Source: Candidatus Altimarinota bacterium (GTDB taxonomy: Bacteria > Patescibacteriota > Gracilibacteria > UBA1369 > GCA-2718715). Taken from it: a stretch of DNA of 64,000 nucleotides. A model generated the notes under the pieces. That model did not search any database and was not told where the DNA came from. It saw only the letters and a list, made by a program, of their open reading frames with translations. The position numbers and the translations under genes were made by a program. Positions 20,361 through 30,076 of this stretch are shown here, one piece after another (position 1 is the first letter of the stretch; the number at the start of each line of letters is the position of its first letter). The stretch lies in assembly GCA_041242255.1 (NCBI GenBank), contig JBESAV010000001.1, positions 928,001 to 992,000 on the forward strand, read 5' to 3'.

Positions 20361-22193
20361 TTAATTTTCTTCTCTACTAGGAATAATAACTTCCTCTACT
20401 TCAGGCACTTCAACATTTTCTTCACCATCTAGCTCAGCTTCTTCTTCCTCTGAGCTATTTTCAGTTTCAGTCACAACTTCATTCTCCAACTCATCCAATT
20501 CTATTTTAGTCTTGATAACATCTTCCTCCACAATCTCACTCTCTTCAGAAACTTCTTCATCAATCTCAATTCCAATTTCCTTAATCTTATCTTTAAGCAC
20601 TGGAGCCTCATCTTCATCAACTAACTCACTCAAATCAATAACTCTCTCCTGAATCAACTTAGACAAATCCTCATCCAACTCTTCTCCACTCATCTGAGCT
20701 TCTTTTAGTGTTTCCGTAAAATCTACCACAACTTTATTTACCTTTTCTTTTTGTTGCTCAATTGTATTATCATCTACAACAAGATCAGTATCCACACTGG
20801 TAATCTTATCAATTTCCTCATCCAACTGTTTCAACTTAACTTTAACCTTTTCACCTGAAGCCTCAGCTACTTTAAGCTCTGTATTCAATAAAGCCTCTTT
20901 AATATCATCTTCTTTATCCTCAGCCAAGATTTCTCTCTTATGATTTTCCACAAGCACTTTAGCATCATTCTTAAGTTTAGCTGACCCTTCAACATCTTTC
21001 TTATCTGTCTCAACTTTTGAAGCAATATCCAACACATTACCTAAGTTTTTCTGATAAGCATCAATAGTCTTTTTCGCTAAATCTTTTTTACCTTCTACAG
21101 AAAGTATTCTAGCTTCATGAAGCTTCTCATCAGCAATCTCCAACTCAACCTCAGCCTTCCTAACCGGATCAACAGTTAAAGCCAACTTAGCGGCTCTCTG
21201 AGCTTCCTTTAATGGATACCACAAACTATCAGGAGTCACTTTCACCTTATCTTTACTAGCCAATATACTTGTCTCCACTAAAGACTCCTCATAAAGTCTA
21301 TCTTTCTTCATATTATCCAAATACCAAGTTCTTTGATTAATCTTCAAGTCATCCGCCATAAGTACGGTATCTACTACAGATATTGAGTCTTGCTCTTTTT
21401 TAACTTTAATCAAATCCCCTTTTCTCAAAACCGAAGTTTGAAACTGACCTTTATTCTTGTAATTAACCTCAGCACTCTCTCCAAAAACAGCAACCTGACC
21501 AAATAAATCATTAACTTCTAAATTAATCACAGAATCATCATCAACTTCAATCAGCATCTCAGCCGTCTTAAAATTATACTCAGACAAACGGTCTGCCCCT
21601 CCAAAAGCATTAAACCAGAGACTTCCTCTCTTAACAGTCATAGATGAATCTGTCTTTCCAGAAAAGTTATCCACATCATCAATAACTATCTCGGAATTAC
21701 TATCTAGTCTCATTATAGATTTATCTGCAAAAATCATTTCCACAAACCCTCCATCAGTCATAATCCTATCACTAGGGTTGACATTAAAGCCAGGATAAGC
21801 CAAAAGCTCTTTCCCCAATCGGATAACCTTAACTTCACCGCTCACAGCAGATATAGAAATAGGAGAACTCGCATTCGCAGTCTCAATACCATCTCCATAG
21901 TCAAAAACAGACGTAAAGACTAGGGCCAATGCCATAAAACCAGCAGCAAAAGTCTGCATATAAGATTTCCACCCTAAAGCATTCTCTTTGATATTCATTA
22001 TTGTATAAAGCTTCTCTTTCAAAAGAACCTTATCTCTTAAACTCATTGTAGGTTCATTAAAAGCCTTACTCAAACTATTAACTTCAGAAATTTTCTCATC
22101 AACCAAAAAAGATCTAAAATCCCCAGTTTTCTGGTATTTTTTAGACTTAAAAGTCTGATCCAAATCTGATAAAAATTTCTTATTTATATTCAT
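20361..22193 (-). CDS. Putative anti-sigma factor: TM helix, FecR domain, DUF5667-like domain and acidic tail
   Basis: TM at about aa 80-98; FecR-like 'VSGEVKV...DRIMTDGGFVEMIFADKSIMRLDSNSEI'; 'TPDSLWYPLKE' DUF5667-like; directly downstream of an ECF sigma. Confidence 0.7.
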   Translation of the reverse strand: MNINKKFLSDLDQTFKSKKYQKTGDFRSFLVDEKISEVNSLSKAFNEPTMSLRDKVLLKEKLYTIMNIKENALGWKSYMQTFAAGFMALALVFTSVFDYGDGIETANASSPISISAVSGEVKVIRLGKELLAYPGFNVNPSDRIMTDGGFVEMIFADKSIMRLDSNSEIVIDDVDNFSGKTDSSMTVKRGSLWFNAFGGADRLSEYNFKTAEMLIEVDDDSVINLEVNDLFGQVAVFGESAEVNYKNKGQFQTSVLRKGDLIKVKKEQDSISVVDTVLMADDLKINQRTWYLDNMKKDRLYEESLVETSILASKDKVKVTPDSLWYPLKEAQRAAKLALTVDPVRKAEVELEIADEKLHEARILSVEGKKDLAKKTIDAYQKNLGNVLDIASKVETDKKDVEGSAKLKNDAKVLVENHKREILAEDKEDDIKEALLNTELKVAEASGEKVKVKLKQLDEEIDKITSVDTDLVVDDNTIEQQKEKVNKVVVDFTETLKEAQMSGEELDEDLSKLIQERVIDLSELVDEDEAPVLKDKIKEIGIEIDEEVSEESEIVEEDVIKTKIELDELENEVVTETENSSEEEEAELDGEENVEVPEVEEVIIPSREEN

Positions 22194-22216
22194 ATTTTTC
22201 TTACTTCACACAATTG

Positions 22217-22241
22217 TACGAAAGTTTTACAAAAATGTTAC
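22217..22241 (-). promoter_or_regulatory. ECF-type promoter GTAAC-N16-CGTA
   Basis: Minus strand reads GTAAC atttttgtaaaacttt CGTAC between the sigma and anti-sigma genes; matches the AAC/CGT ECF consensus. Confidence 0.5.
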
Positions 22242-22248
22242 TTATTAT

Positions 22249-22824
22249 TTAAAAATCCTCATAGTCAAACCCCATTTCAGTCAAAACATCCTTCAACTCA
22301 TTCAAAGCTCTATACTGCATTACCCTTACAGTCCCCTCTTTCTTTTTTAATATTTTAGAAACCTCTGTATAAGATAATTCCTCCACAAATCTGAAAATAA
22401 CTAATTCTTTATTATTTTCAGAAATCTTATCCAAAGCTTCTTTCAAAACATCAGAGTTCAAAGTACCATCAACTTTATCCTTAATGTCTCCACCATCAGT
22501 TTCAGAATGACTAACAGGAATCTCCACGGTCTCTTTTTTTGTCCTGTAAAAGTCAATCACCGTATTCCTAGCAATATTATAAAGCCAAGTCCCAAACGAA
22601 CTCTTCTTAGGGTTAAAGCTATCTTTACTTTCAAATACCTTCAAGAAAGCAATCTCAACCAGGTCCTCCACGTCTTTTTCATCTTTAACTTTGTAATAAA
22701 TAAAACGATATAGATTATCAATATAATAATCATATAGCTCACCAAAAGCCTCATTCTCTCCTTTCAACCATCTAGTAACTAACTTTTGGATATCCTTCTC
22801 GCTCTTCTTTTTGGGTGTATCCAT
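22249..22824 (-). CDS. ECF RNA polymerase sigma factor
   Basis: AFGELYDYY, VEDLVEIAFLK, SFGTWLYNIARNTVIDFYR; region 4 LSYTEVS...GTVRVMQYRA. Confidence 0.93.
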   Translation of the reverse strand: MDTPKKKSEKDIQKLVTRWLKGENEAFGELYDYYIDNLYRFIYYKVKDEKDVEDLVEIAFLKVFESKDSFNPKKSSFGTWLYNIARNTVIDFYRTKKETVEIPVSHSETDGGDIKDKVDGTLNSDVLKEALDKISENNKELVIFRFVEELSYTEVSKILKKKEGTVRVMQYRALNELKDVLTEMGFDYEDF

Positions 22825-22897
22825 TCAAACTTTTATACACCCAATTAATAGATTATTTATCCACTCTTGTCAATCAAGACAAGCCCTTATTCACAAG

Positions 22898-23812
22898 CTA
22901 ACTACTCAATATATCCTGTAGTTTCTTAGCTAAACTTAAAGCATTATCCATTTCTCTTTTCCACATATTCCGCCCATAAATCAACCCAAATGCCCCAGCC
23001 TCCTTTGCATATTTTGTATTTTCAATAACTTCTTTTTCATCTTTCTTTCCACCTCCACTAAAAAGAACTGGAATACCAGCCGCAGCCTCCACCACTCTCT
23101 TTGTTCTGATCAACTTCCTCTCATGTTCGGTCTTTTTCATCATTTCCTTTTCAAAATCCCTAAACTCTTTCGGAATCAACTTATTTTCTATAAAACTATC
23201 TTCAGGATCAGATGGAATATTTGATTTCACAACGGTAGCACCCATTTCAACTGCCAATCTAGCCGCACTTTCCAAGGCATAACTAGTTTTAGTTCCACCT
23301 TTAGCATCCATAGCTTCTCCTCTCGGATAAGCCCAAACTATTAAAGGAAGATCATACTTCTCACACTCCTGACGTACTCTCGCCAACTGAGGAAGATCTT
23401 CATCTTGTCTATCAGAACCGTAGTACAGTGTATAACCTATACCAGAAGCTCCTAACTCATAAGCATCTTTCACAAAGCTAGTGTGTGTACTTAATGCATG
23501 ATCTTGTGATGGAATGGAAGTCTTACCATTTACCTTTACCACAAGTGGAATCTTCTTATTCCATTTTTTCCAAAATCTTTTTGCAACACCATAATGCACA
23601 GCAACTGCGTTAAAACCACCTTTCACCGCTAGCTCCATAATAAAATCAGGGTCATTAGCTCTCTTATGTGCAAAACTATGTCTGTTATCATGCTCCACAA
23701 ACTGATCATAAGGAAGCATCATACAATGACCACTATCCATAACCATCTTCATCATATTTTTCTTTTCTCCTTTACTAAACCAAGCTTTTTCGAAAAATTT
23801 CATTCTACTCAT
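22898..23812 (-). CDS. Class I fructose-bisphosphate aldolase (DhnA/archaeal type)
   Basis: LPYDQFVEH, VKVNGKT, PLIVWAYPRG, Schiff-base VVKS, SGG, GRNMW. Confidence 0.88.
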   Translation of the reverse strand: MSRMKFFEKAWFSKGEKKNMMKMVMDSGHCMMLPYDQFVEHDNRHSFAHKRANDPDFIMELAVKGGFNAVAVHYGVAKRFWKKWNKKIPLVVKVNGKTSIPSQDHALSTHTSFVKDAYELGASGIGYTLYYGSDRQDEDLPQLARVRQECEKYDLPLIVWAYPRGEAMDAKGGTKTSYALESAARLAVEMGATVVKSNIPSDPEDSFIENKLIPKEFRDFEKEMMKKTEHERKLIRTKRVVEAAAGIPVLFSGGGKKDEKEVIENTKYAKEAGAFGLIYGRNMWKREMDNALSLAKKLQDILSS

Positions 23813-23838
23813 AACAAATATTTAAATATCTATTTATT

Positions 23839-24159
23839 CTACCACAAAAACTCAATATTTTCAGGCTCAACCATCCCCTCCCCTCCTTTCACTCCATCTA
23901 AAGATTGAAGGTCAGATAACCTTTGCTGTTCATCCTGCCTATTCTCCATCAACTGAGATCTTTCGTATTTAAGTTTATAACTCTCTTTCTCAAAATCAGA
24001 TTGAACATGAAAAGTCATCACATAACCAACAAACAAAACTCCAATAAAAATCAACCACATACTTACCAAAGAAAATCTCCCCATATAAAAAGAATAGAGA
24101 AGCCCATAAGACTTCCCTATTTTTCCATGACCCAATATCTGAGGCGTTTCTTTTTTCAA
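23839..24159 (-). CDS. FtsL-like bitopic coiled-coil protein
   Basis: One TM helix followed by a coiled coil, immediately downstream of rsmH. Confidence 0.55.
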   Translation of the reverse strand: MKKETPQILGHGKIGKSYGLLYSFYMGRFSLVSMWLIFIGVLFVGYVMTFHVQSDFEKESYKLKYERSQLMENRQDEQQRLSDLQSLDGVKGGEGMVEPENIEFLW

Positions 24160-24168
24160 ATTTCTAAC

Positions 24169-25113
24169 TTAGAGCTTTTCAATTACTCTCATTTTAGCAC
24201 TTCTAGCTCTTGGATTTTCTTCAATCTCCTTGTCTGAAGGAACAATTATTTTTCTATTTACCAATTTTATTAGTGGTTCACCATGTACCGATTTAAGTGC
24301 TTCCATTTCATTCTTAGGCTCAGGCTTCAAAAGTTCGTTGAAATACTGCTTCACTATTCTATCCTCCAATGAATGATAACTAATCACAGCCATTCTTCCA
24401 CCTGGATTCATTAGCTCAAACATTTTTCTAATACCTTTGTAAACTTTATTAAGCTCATCATTTACAGAAATTCTCAACGCTTGGAAAATACAAGCTAATC
24501 TCTTCGATCTATGCTTTACTGGTAAATAATCATCAATTCTCTCCACAAAGTCCAATGTATACTTAAATGGAGCTTTTTCCCTTTCTTCTACAATAATAGT
24601 TGCTAGCTTAGGAGCCGCAGGTAATTCACCATAATTTCTAAACAACTCAGTCAATTTCTCATGACTAAGGTTATTCAGAATCATTGCAGCTGTGATGTTT
24701 TCATTTTGATTATATCTCATATCTAAAGGCCCATTGTGCTTGTATGAAAACCCATTTTCAGCATTATCCAAATGCGGTGAAGACAACCCAAGATCAAGCA
24801 ATATTTTATCCAAACCATCCAACTTCATAACCTTAGAATAATGATCAACTCTATCAAAACTATCGTTTATATATGCAATTTTACCCTCAAACTTCTTCAA
24901 ATTTTGACGAGCTTTTTGCATATTTCTTCTATCCAAATCAAAAGCATACAATTTACCACCATCAATAAGTTTAACCATCTCTTTCGTGTGACCACCAAGT
25001 CCAAGAGTTCCATCAACTACAATATCATTTGGCTGAATATCAAGCCTTTTCAAAACCTCATCTAAAAGGACAGGTACATGCTTCATAGATAGTCCCACTT
25101 CATCAAAATACAT
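24169..25113 (-). CDS. rsmH: 16S rRNA m4C1402 methyltransferase
   Basis: HVPVLL, DGTLGLGGH, DLGLSS, GPLDMR, FQALRISVN, SYHSLEDRIVK, NPRARSAK; the start may be 25086. Confidence 0.96.
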   Translation of the reverse strand: MYFDEVGLSMKHVPVLLDEVLKRLDIQPNDIVVDGTLGLGGHTKEMVKLIDGGKLYAFDLDRRNMQKARQNLKKFEGKIAYINDSFDRVDHYSKVMKLDGLDKILLDLGLSSPHLDNAENGFSYKHNGPLDMRYNQNENITAAMILNNLSHEKLTELFRNYGELPAAPKLATIIVEEREKAPFKYTLDFVERIDDYLPVKHRSKRLACIFQALRISVNDELNKVYKGIRKMFELMNPGGRMAVISYHSLEDRIVKQYFNELLKPEPKNEMEALKSVHGEPLIKLVNRKIIVPSDKEIEENPRARSAKMRVIEKL

Positions 25114-25226
25114 ATGTTAATTCAAAATTATAGTGTGCAATTTATAACATCAAACCCACCCCAAAGTCAAATTATCGCAGCACCAAAACAATCAGAATCA
25201 GGCTTTTTATAAAGCAATACTCAAAT

Positions 25227-25898
25227 CTAATTTTCTTTCAACTTATACCTTCCAACTAGCTCATCCGATACTCTACCAGACCTCAAAACGGATATAACAT
25301 TATCATCAACCTTCACCACAGAAGAAGGAGCCTCATATTCAAGTACACCTGCATCAACAATCAGATCGATCTCCAAAAAGCTATCTCCCATCTGCTCCTG
25401 CAACTCATGCAACGAGTAACAACTAGGCTTACCATGCACATTCGCAGAAGTCGTAAACAATGGCTTTCCAAGCTTCCTAGATAGTTTCGTCATCAAATTA
25501 TGTTCAGGTAAACGAACCCCAACAAACTTCCCCTCCTTCATATTCTCATATTCTAAACACCCATCATCAAAATCCAAATCATTATCTTTGTTACCTCTCG
25601 CCACTATCGTCAAAAACCCAGGTAAATACTCCTCTACCAGTTCAGCTGTCACAAGATCCAAATCCAAGAAATCAACCAGCATTGCCTTATCTCCCATACA
25701 CAAACTTATCATTTTATCCTCAGGCATCTGTTTTAACTTCCGGATCTTGTCCCTAACCTCATAGTTACTTGAGTCACCCGTAAAACCATAACAAGTATCT
25801 GCCGCCATAAGAACAACCTTTCCTGATTCTATGTACTGATAGATCTCATCAAATATTTTCTCAAAATCAAATTTACCCTCAAGTTTCAAATGCCTCAT
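25227..25898 (-). CDS. tsaC: L-threonylcarbamoyladenylate synthase (TsaC/Sua5/YrdC)
   Basis: DTCYG, LPGFLT, VGVRLP, TTSANVHG, PSSVV, LRSG. Confidence 0.82.
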   Translation of the reverse strand: MRHLKLEGKFDFEKIFDEIYQYIESGKVVLMAADTCYGFTGDSSNYEVRDKIRKLKQMPEDKMISLCMGDKAMLVDFLDLDLVTAELVEEYLPGFLTIVARGNKDNDLDFDDGCLEYENMKEGKFVGVRLPEHNLMTKLSRKLGKPLFTTSANVHGKPSCYSLHELQEQMGDSFLEIDLIVDAGVLEYEAPSSVVKVDDNVISVLRSGRVSDELVGRYKLKEN

Positions 25899-25956
25899 GC
25901 TCTATAAATTAGATCAATAATAAGTTATAATTAGTACAATAATTTAACAAAATTTT

Positions 25957-26973
25957 ATGACTCCTGTCAAAGTTGCCATAAACGGATTCGGAAGAATCGG
26001 TCGACTTAGCTTCCGCGCCCATCTTAAACATAAAAAAATAAACATAGTAGCCATCAATGACCTTGCACCTATCGAACAAGCTACCCACCTACTAAAATGG
26101 GATTCTATCTACGGTCAGATTGGTCATGAAATATCCCACGACGAAGAAAACATATATATAGACGGTAATCCAGTAAAATACACTCAGATCAAAGACCCGG
26201 CTGAATTACCATGGAAAGAGAACCAAATTGACATTGTATTAGAGTGCACAGGAATCTTTAAAACCAAAGAACTTGCCTCCAAACATCTAGAAGCTGGAGC
26301 TAAAACCGTAATCCTATCAGCTCCAGGAAAAGGAGAAATCCCAACCTTCTGCTACGGTATCAACCACCAAAAGTACAACCCAGATCGCCAAACCATAATC
26401 TCAAATGCTTCATGTACAACTAACTGTATTGCCCCAGTAGCTAAAGTCATCGATGAAAACTTCCAAATCATCAACGGGTTCATGACCACAGTTCATTCCT
26501 ATACAAACAGCCAAGTTCTCGCCGACAGCTTCCACAAAAAAGACAACCGCCGTGCTAGAGCCGCTGCTCTATCTATTATCCCTACCTCAACAGGTGCAGC
26601 AAAAGCGTTAAGCTTAGTTCTACCAAACCTCAAAGATAAAATAAGCGGATCTGCGCTAAGAGTACCAACACCAACAGTTTCTATGATCGAGTTAATCTGT
26701 AACGTAAAAACTCCAACCACAGTTGAAGACATAAATTACGTTCTAGAAAAAGCTTCAGAAGGAACTCTTAAAGGGGTACTATCTGTTTCGCACGAACCAT
26801 TAGTTTCAACAGACTACACAGGTAACCCACACTCCTCAATCGTCGACGCAGAACTGACAGAATGTTTAGAAAAACACACCTTAAAAGTTGTAGCCTGGTA
26901 CGACAACGAATGGGGTTATTCCGAAAGACTGATCAACATGGCCGAATACGTTGCTGATCAAATGAACGCATAA
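25957..26973 (+). CDS. gap: Type I glyceraldehyde-3-phosphate dehydrogenase
   Basis: INGFGRIGR, ASCTTNC, IPTSTGAA, RVPTP, WYDNEWGY. Confidence 0.97.
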   Translation: MTPVKVAINGFGRIGRLSFRAHLKHKKINIVAINDLAPIEQATHLLKWDSIYGQIGHEISHDEENIYIDGNPVKYTQIKDPAELPWKENQIDIVLECTGIFKTKELASKHLEAGAKTVILSAPGKGEIPTFCYGINHQKYNPDRQTIISNASCTTNCIAPVAKVIDENFQIINGFMTTVHSYTNSQVLADSFHKKDNRRARAAALSIIPTSTGAAKALSLVLPNLKDKISGSALRVPTPTVSMIELICNVKTPTTVEDINYVLEKASEGTLKGVLSVSHEPLVSTDYTGNPHSSIVDAELTECLEKHTLKVVAWYDNEWGYSERLINMAEYVADQMNA

Positions 26974-26994
26974 AAAAAGCCCCCACAGGGGCTT
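26972..26994 (-). terminator. Terminator between gap and the small basic ORF
   Basis: AAGCCCC-caca-GGGGCTT preceded by an A run, which gives a U tail on the minus strand. Confidence 0.7.
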
Positions 26995-27015
26995 CATTCA
27001 AACTAGAAAAAGAAG

Positions 27016-27219
27016 TTATGCTTTTGCAGCCTCTTTTTTCTTTGTTGTTTTCTTAGCAGTAGTTTTTTTAGCTACTTTTTTCTTATCTTTCTTTGCATCT
27101 TTTGCTTCTTCCTCTCTTCTTTTTCTAGCTAAGAATTTGTTTCTTCTTTTTCTCTTTTTTGCTTTAGGAAAACTTTTCCCTACAAAACAATGTTGTTTTG
27201 ATGATGATCTATTACTCAT
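27016..27219 (-). CDS. Small, highly basic protein with an H1-like AKKTT tail
   Basis: 67 aa K/R-rich ORF with its own promoter (TTGATT-N17-TATATT, 27276-27248) and terminator. Confidence 0.75.
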   Translation of the reverse strand: MSNRSSSKQHCFVGKSFPKAKKRKRRNKFLARKRREEEAKDAKKDKKKVAKKTTAKKTTKKKEAAKA

Positions 27220-27258
27220 TTCAAATGATTTACTTATTAGTGCCGCAAATATACAGAT

Positions 27259-27287
27259 TTGCCAAACCTAAATCAAGTAATTATAAT
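27259..27287 (+). promoter_or_regulatory. Sigma70 promoter of hrcA-grpE, TTGCCA-N17-TATAAT
   Basis: Near-consensus hexamers about 30 nt before the hrcA ATG. Confidence 0.7.
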
Positions 27288-27318
27288 TTCGACACAATTC
27301 AAAACTGATTTATAAATA

Positions 27319-28035
27319 ATGCGCGAAAGACAACAAAAAATACTCAAAGCCATAATTCAAGAATTCATTAAGTCAGCTCAACCTGTTGGATCAAAAACCA
27401 TCATGGTTGGCTACAACTTTCAAGTAAGCCCTGCCACTATTCGTAGCGATATGGCCTCTCTAGAAAAAGAAGGCTTAGTTATTCAGCCACATACTTCAGC
27501 TGGAAGAATTCCTACAGACCTAGGGTACAGAGTTTTTGTTAACGACCTCCTCGACCTAGAAGAAGCAAGAAAAATTGCCAAACCACTACTTCAAGATGTA
27601 CGTCAAAAATTCCTGAAAGAACAAGTCAAAAAACGTATCCAAGATGCTGTATCAGTTCTATCAGAATCAACTCAAAACATCAGTTTTGCCACATTTCCAG
27701 ATTCAAGAGCCTTTTACTTAGGACTTAGTAACGTTCTAAAGAAACCAGAATTTTTCCAAGACCCACTTCAAGCCAGTCAAGTTATAGAAGTTTTTGAACA
27801 CAACGACAACTTCCTAAAAACAATCGACTCATTAGAGATAAGCCCAAACAAATCAGAAATATTCATCGGACAAGAAAATATTATCCCCGAAATCCAAAGT
27901 TGTAGTATGATCATATCCAAATACGCCCACCAAGACATCCAAGGTTATATCGGAATACTTGGGCCAACTAGAATGAATTACGCTACAAACTCTGTAATTC
28001 TCGAAGAAATAACTAAACTAATCAATCATGAATAA
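27319..28035 (+). CDS. hrcA: Heat-inducible transcription repressor (short form)
   Basis: RQQKILKAII, PVGSK, SPATIRSDM, QPHTSAGRIPT, GILGPTRMNY. Confidence 0.95.
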   Translation: MRERQQKILKAIIQEFIKSAQPVGSKTIMVGYNFQVSPATIRSDMASLEKEGLVIQPHTSAGRIPTDLGYRVFVNDLLDLEEARKIAKPLLQDVRQKFLKEQVKKRIQDAVSVLSESTQNISFATFPDSRAFYLGLSNVLKKPEFFQDPLQASQVIEVFEHNDNFLKTIDSLEISPNKSEIFIGQENIIPEIQSCSMIISKYAHQDIQGYIGILGPTRMNYATNSVILEEITKLINHE

Positions 28036-28510
28036 AGACGACAAAAAAACTGAAACTACAGAACAAGATATTCAAACTCTTCAAGCAGATCTAGAAAATA
28101 TGACTAACACTGCCAAAAGAGCCTTAGCAGATCTTCAAAACTTCAAAAGACACGCCGAAGAACAACGCTCAACTCTTATGAACATGGGGCAAATCGACAT
28201 TATTACCAAAATAATGCCAATCTACGACAACCTTCAAAGAGCCATCTCACAAACCCCAGAAGAAATAAAAGATAACGACTGGGTAAAAGGAGTTCATAGT
28301 ATCCAAGAACAATTCCTCAAACTCCTCCAAAACTCAGGCCTAGAACTTCTTCCTGGAACCGGAAAACAAGCTGACCCAAACCACCACGAAATCATCACAG
28401 CAGTTCCAGGAGCACCTCAAAACCAAATCATAGAAACCCTAGAGCAAGGCTTCACATTTAACGACAAATTAATCAAACCATCAAAAGTAGTTGTAGGTTC
28501 AGATCAATAA
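28028..28510 (+). CDS. grpE: Nucleotide exchange factor GrpE
   Basis: RALADLQNFKR, DNLQRA, DPNHHE, GF...LIKPSKVVV. Confidence 0.93.
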   Translation: MNKDDKKTETTEQDIQTLQADLENMTNTAKRALADLQNFKRHAEEQRSTLMNMGQIDIITKIMPIYDNLQRAISQTPEEIKDNDWVKGVHSIQEQFLKLLQNSGLELLPGTGKQADPNHHEIITAVPGAPQNQIIETLEQGFTFNDKLIKPSKVVVGSDQ

Positions 28511-28532
28511 AAAGCCTCTTCAGAGGCTTTTT
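28509..28532. terminator. Bidirectional terminator
   Basis: AAAAAGCCTC-ttca-GAGGCTTTTT. Confidence 0.85.
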
Positions 28533-28534
28533 CT

Positions 28535-29497
28535 TTACCTTCTTGGTGGCCTACCACCAGGTAACTCACCACCTGCCCCTCCAGGTGCTGCTTCTACAAA
28601 CTCTCCCTTCAAACATCGAGGAACATATGGATATTCATTTGTAATGAAGTATACATATTCATCACCTACAAAACCTCCATTACACTCATCCAAATCACCA
28701 CTACCTTCCACATAATTCCAATCAGACGTAAATGTTCCAGCTGGTGAGTTTTCATCAACAGATACTACATTTCCACCACCAGGGGTTGTATAACTACAAT
28801 TTACACCACTTCTATCATTTCCATCTAAAAAATAACTAGACTCATAAGCACCCGATTTCGAATAAACCATTAAATGTCCATCAGATGCAAACCCCACATG
28901 AACTATATCGTCATTCGAATCAAAGGCTGAAACAAGCATCTCCGAAACTCCATGATAATGATAAGCTCCACTTGGTTGAACATGGGCATTATTAAAGTCC
29001 AAACCAAGATCAGTCACATCTTGCAAAGCTTCAATTCTATACTGCACACCGTTATCACAATAAGCAACTTCAGCAGTTCCAGGCTCAAACTTAACACCAT
29101 TTAAAGCAACTCCTGGAGTCCTTGCCTCTTTACTAACTCCAGTATAAACAGGATTCAAAGCAAACTCATATCTATCACTTTGCTCTTGAATAGTATTTGG
29201 ATTTCCAGAATTCGGAAAAGCACCAGTCTCATGATTTGGCAATGCATTAGAAGTCATTACTCTTTTATCCCCAACCAACTCTACTCGAACTTGAGTGCCT
29301 GTTGCTTGATTGTCAATCCCATAATCACCAAGAAAATCACTTTCAAAAGCACTTTGTACAACATTTTCTTCTACCAAAGCCTCATCAGCCAGCTCAATCT
29401 CAACTGGAGCAACAGAAGGCTCCATACTCAATACATATATCCCACCTACCAAAACAACCACACCTCCTAACACTGATATAAAAGTATTCATTTTCAT
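28535..29497 (-). CDS. YHYH domain protein (secreted or membrane-anchored)
   Basis: N-terminal TM, GVALNGV, DFNNAHVQPSGAYHYHG, GFASDG, GDLDECNG, YPY.PRC. Confidence 0.88.
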   Translation of the reverse strand: MKMNTFISVLGGVVVLVGGIYVLSMEPSVAPVEIELADEALVEENVVQSAFESDFLGDYGIDNQATGTQVRVELVGDKRVMTSNALPNHETGAFPNSGNPNTIQEQSDRYEFALNPVYTGVSKEARTPGVALNGVKFEPGTAEVAYCDNGVQYRIEALQDVTDLGLDFNNAHVQPSGAYHYHGVSEMLVSAFDSNDDIVHVGFASDGHLMVYSKSGAYESSYFLDGNDRSGVNCSYTTPGGGNVVSVDENSPAGTFTSDWNYVEGSGDLDECNGGFVGDEYVYFITNEYPYVPRCLKGEFVEAAPGGAGGELPGGRPPRR

Positions 29498-29501
29498 AAA
29501 C

Positions 29502-29960
29502 TTAAATTAAACCACTCGTAGCTAAAAAATATCCGACCCCAGCAGCAAAACAAGCAATCCATACCAACTTCCAAATATTCATCTCAAAATTATTTGGCAT
29601 TCTCTGAATAGCACCATCTCTAACAGGATTTAAACTAACATCAGTTTTTTTGCTATTAACTAAGTTCATACTCCCTTTCACATCTGGCTCAACCGTATCT
29701 TGATTAGAACCTAAATACTTCACTCTAACATTAGATTCATCAAATTCATCCGTTTCAATACTATCAAAAAAACCACTAGGCTTACGATTTTCAAACACAT
29801 CTAGTTTACCATCTCCATCACTATCTAAAAATCTTCTAAACTCTTCTGGAACATCCTCCAAAGAGGTGTACTCCTTGTCTCCAACTCTATAAACCGTATT
29901 ATCAGTAAACAAAGAACCAAACTCAACCTTTAGTTTTTTCATAAATAGAATTAATTTCAT
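29502..29960 (-). CDS. Hypothetical protein with a C-terminal TM anchor and an EF-hand-like DxDGDG loop
   Basis: EYTSLEDVPEEFRRFLDSDGDGKLD; C-terminal hydrophobic helix. Confidence 0.6.
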   Translation of the reverse strand: MKLILFMKKLKVEFGSLFTDNTVYRVGDKEYTSLEDVPEEFRRFLDSDGDGKLDVFENRKPSGFFDSIETDEFDESNVRVKYLGSNQDTVEPDVKGSMNLVNSKKTDVSLNPVRDGAIQRMPNNFEMNIWKLVWIACFAAGVGYFLATSGLI

Positions 29961-29991
29961 CTATTCTACATCATTTTAAATCTCAATCTAC

Positions 29992-30019
29992 TTGACATAT
30001 TGTAAATCTAAAATAAAAT
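29992..30019 (+). promoter_or_regulatory. Sigma70 promoter TTGACA-N16-TAAAAT of small-ORF unit 1
   Basis: Consensus -35 and near-consensus -10. Confidence 0.6.
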
Positions 30020-30076
30020 AACCAAGTACTTATTAGTCAGGATTGGCCTGTGCTAATACTTCAATTGGAGGACAAA

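Noticed and set aside
25090-25170. Possible MraZ boxes (TGGG-type) upstream of rsmH
   Set aside because: They do not form a regularly spaced direct-repeat array, and no mraZ is adjacent.
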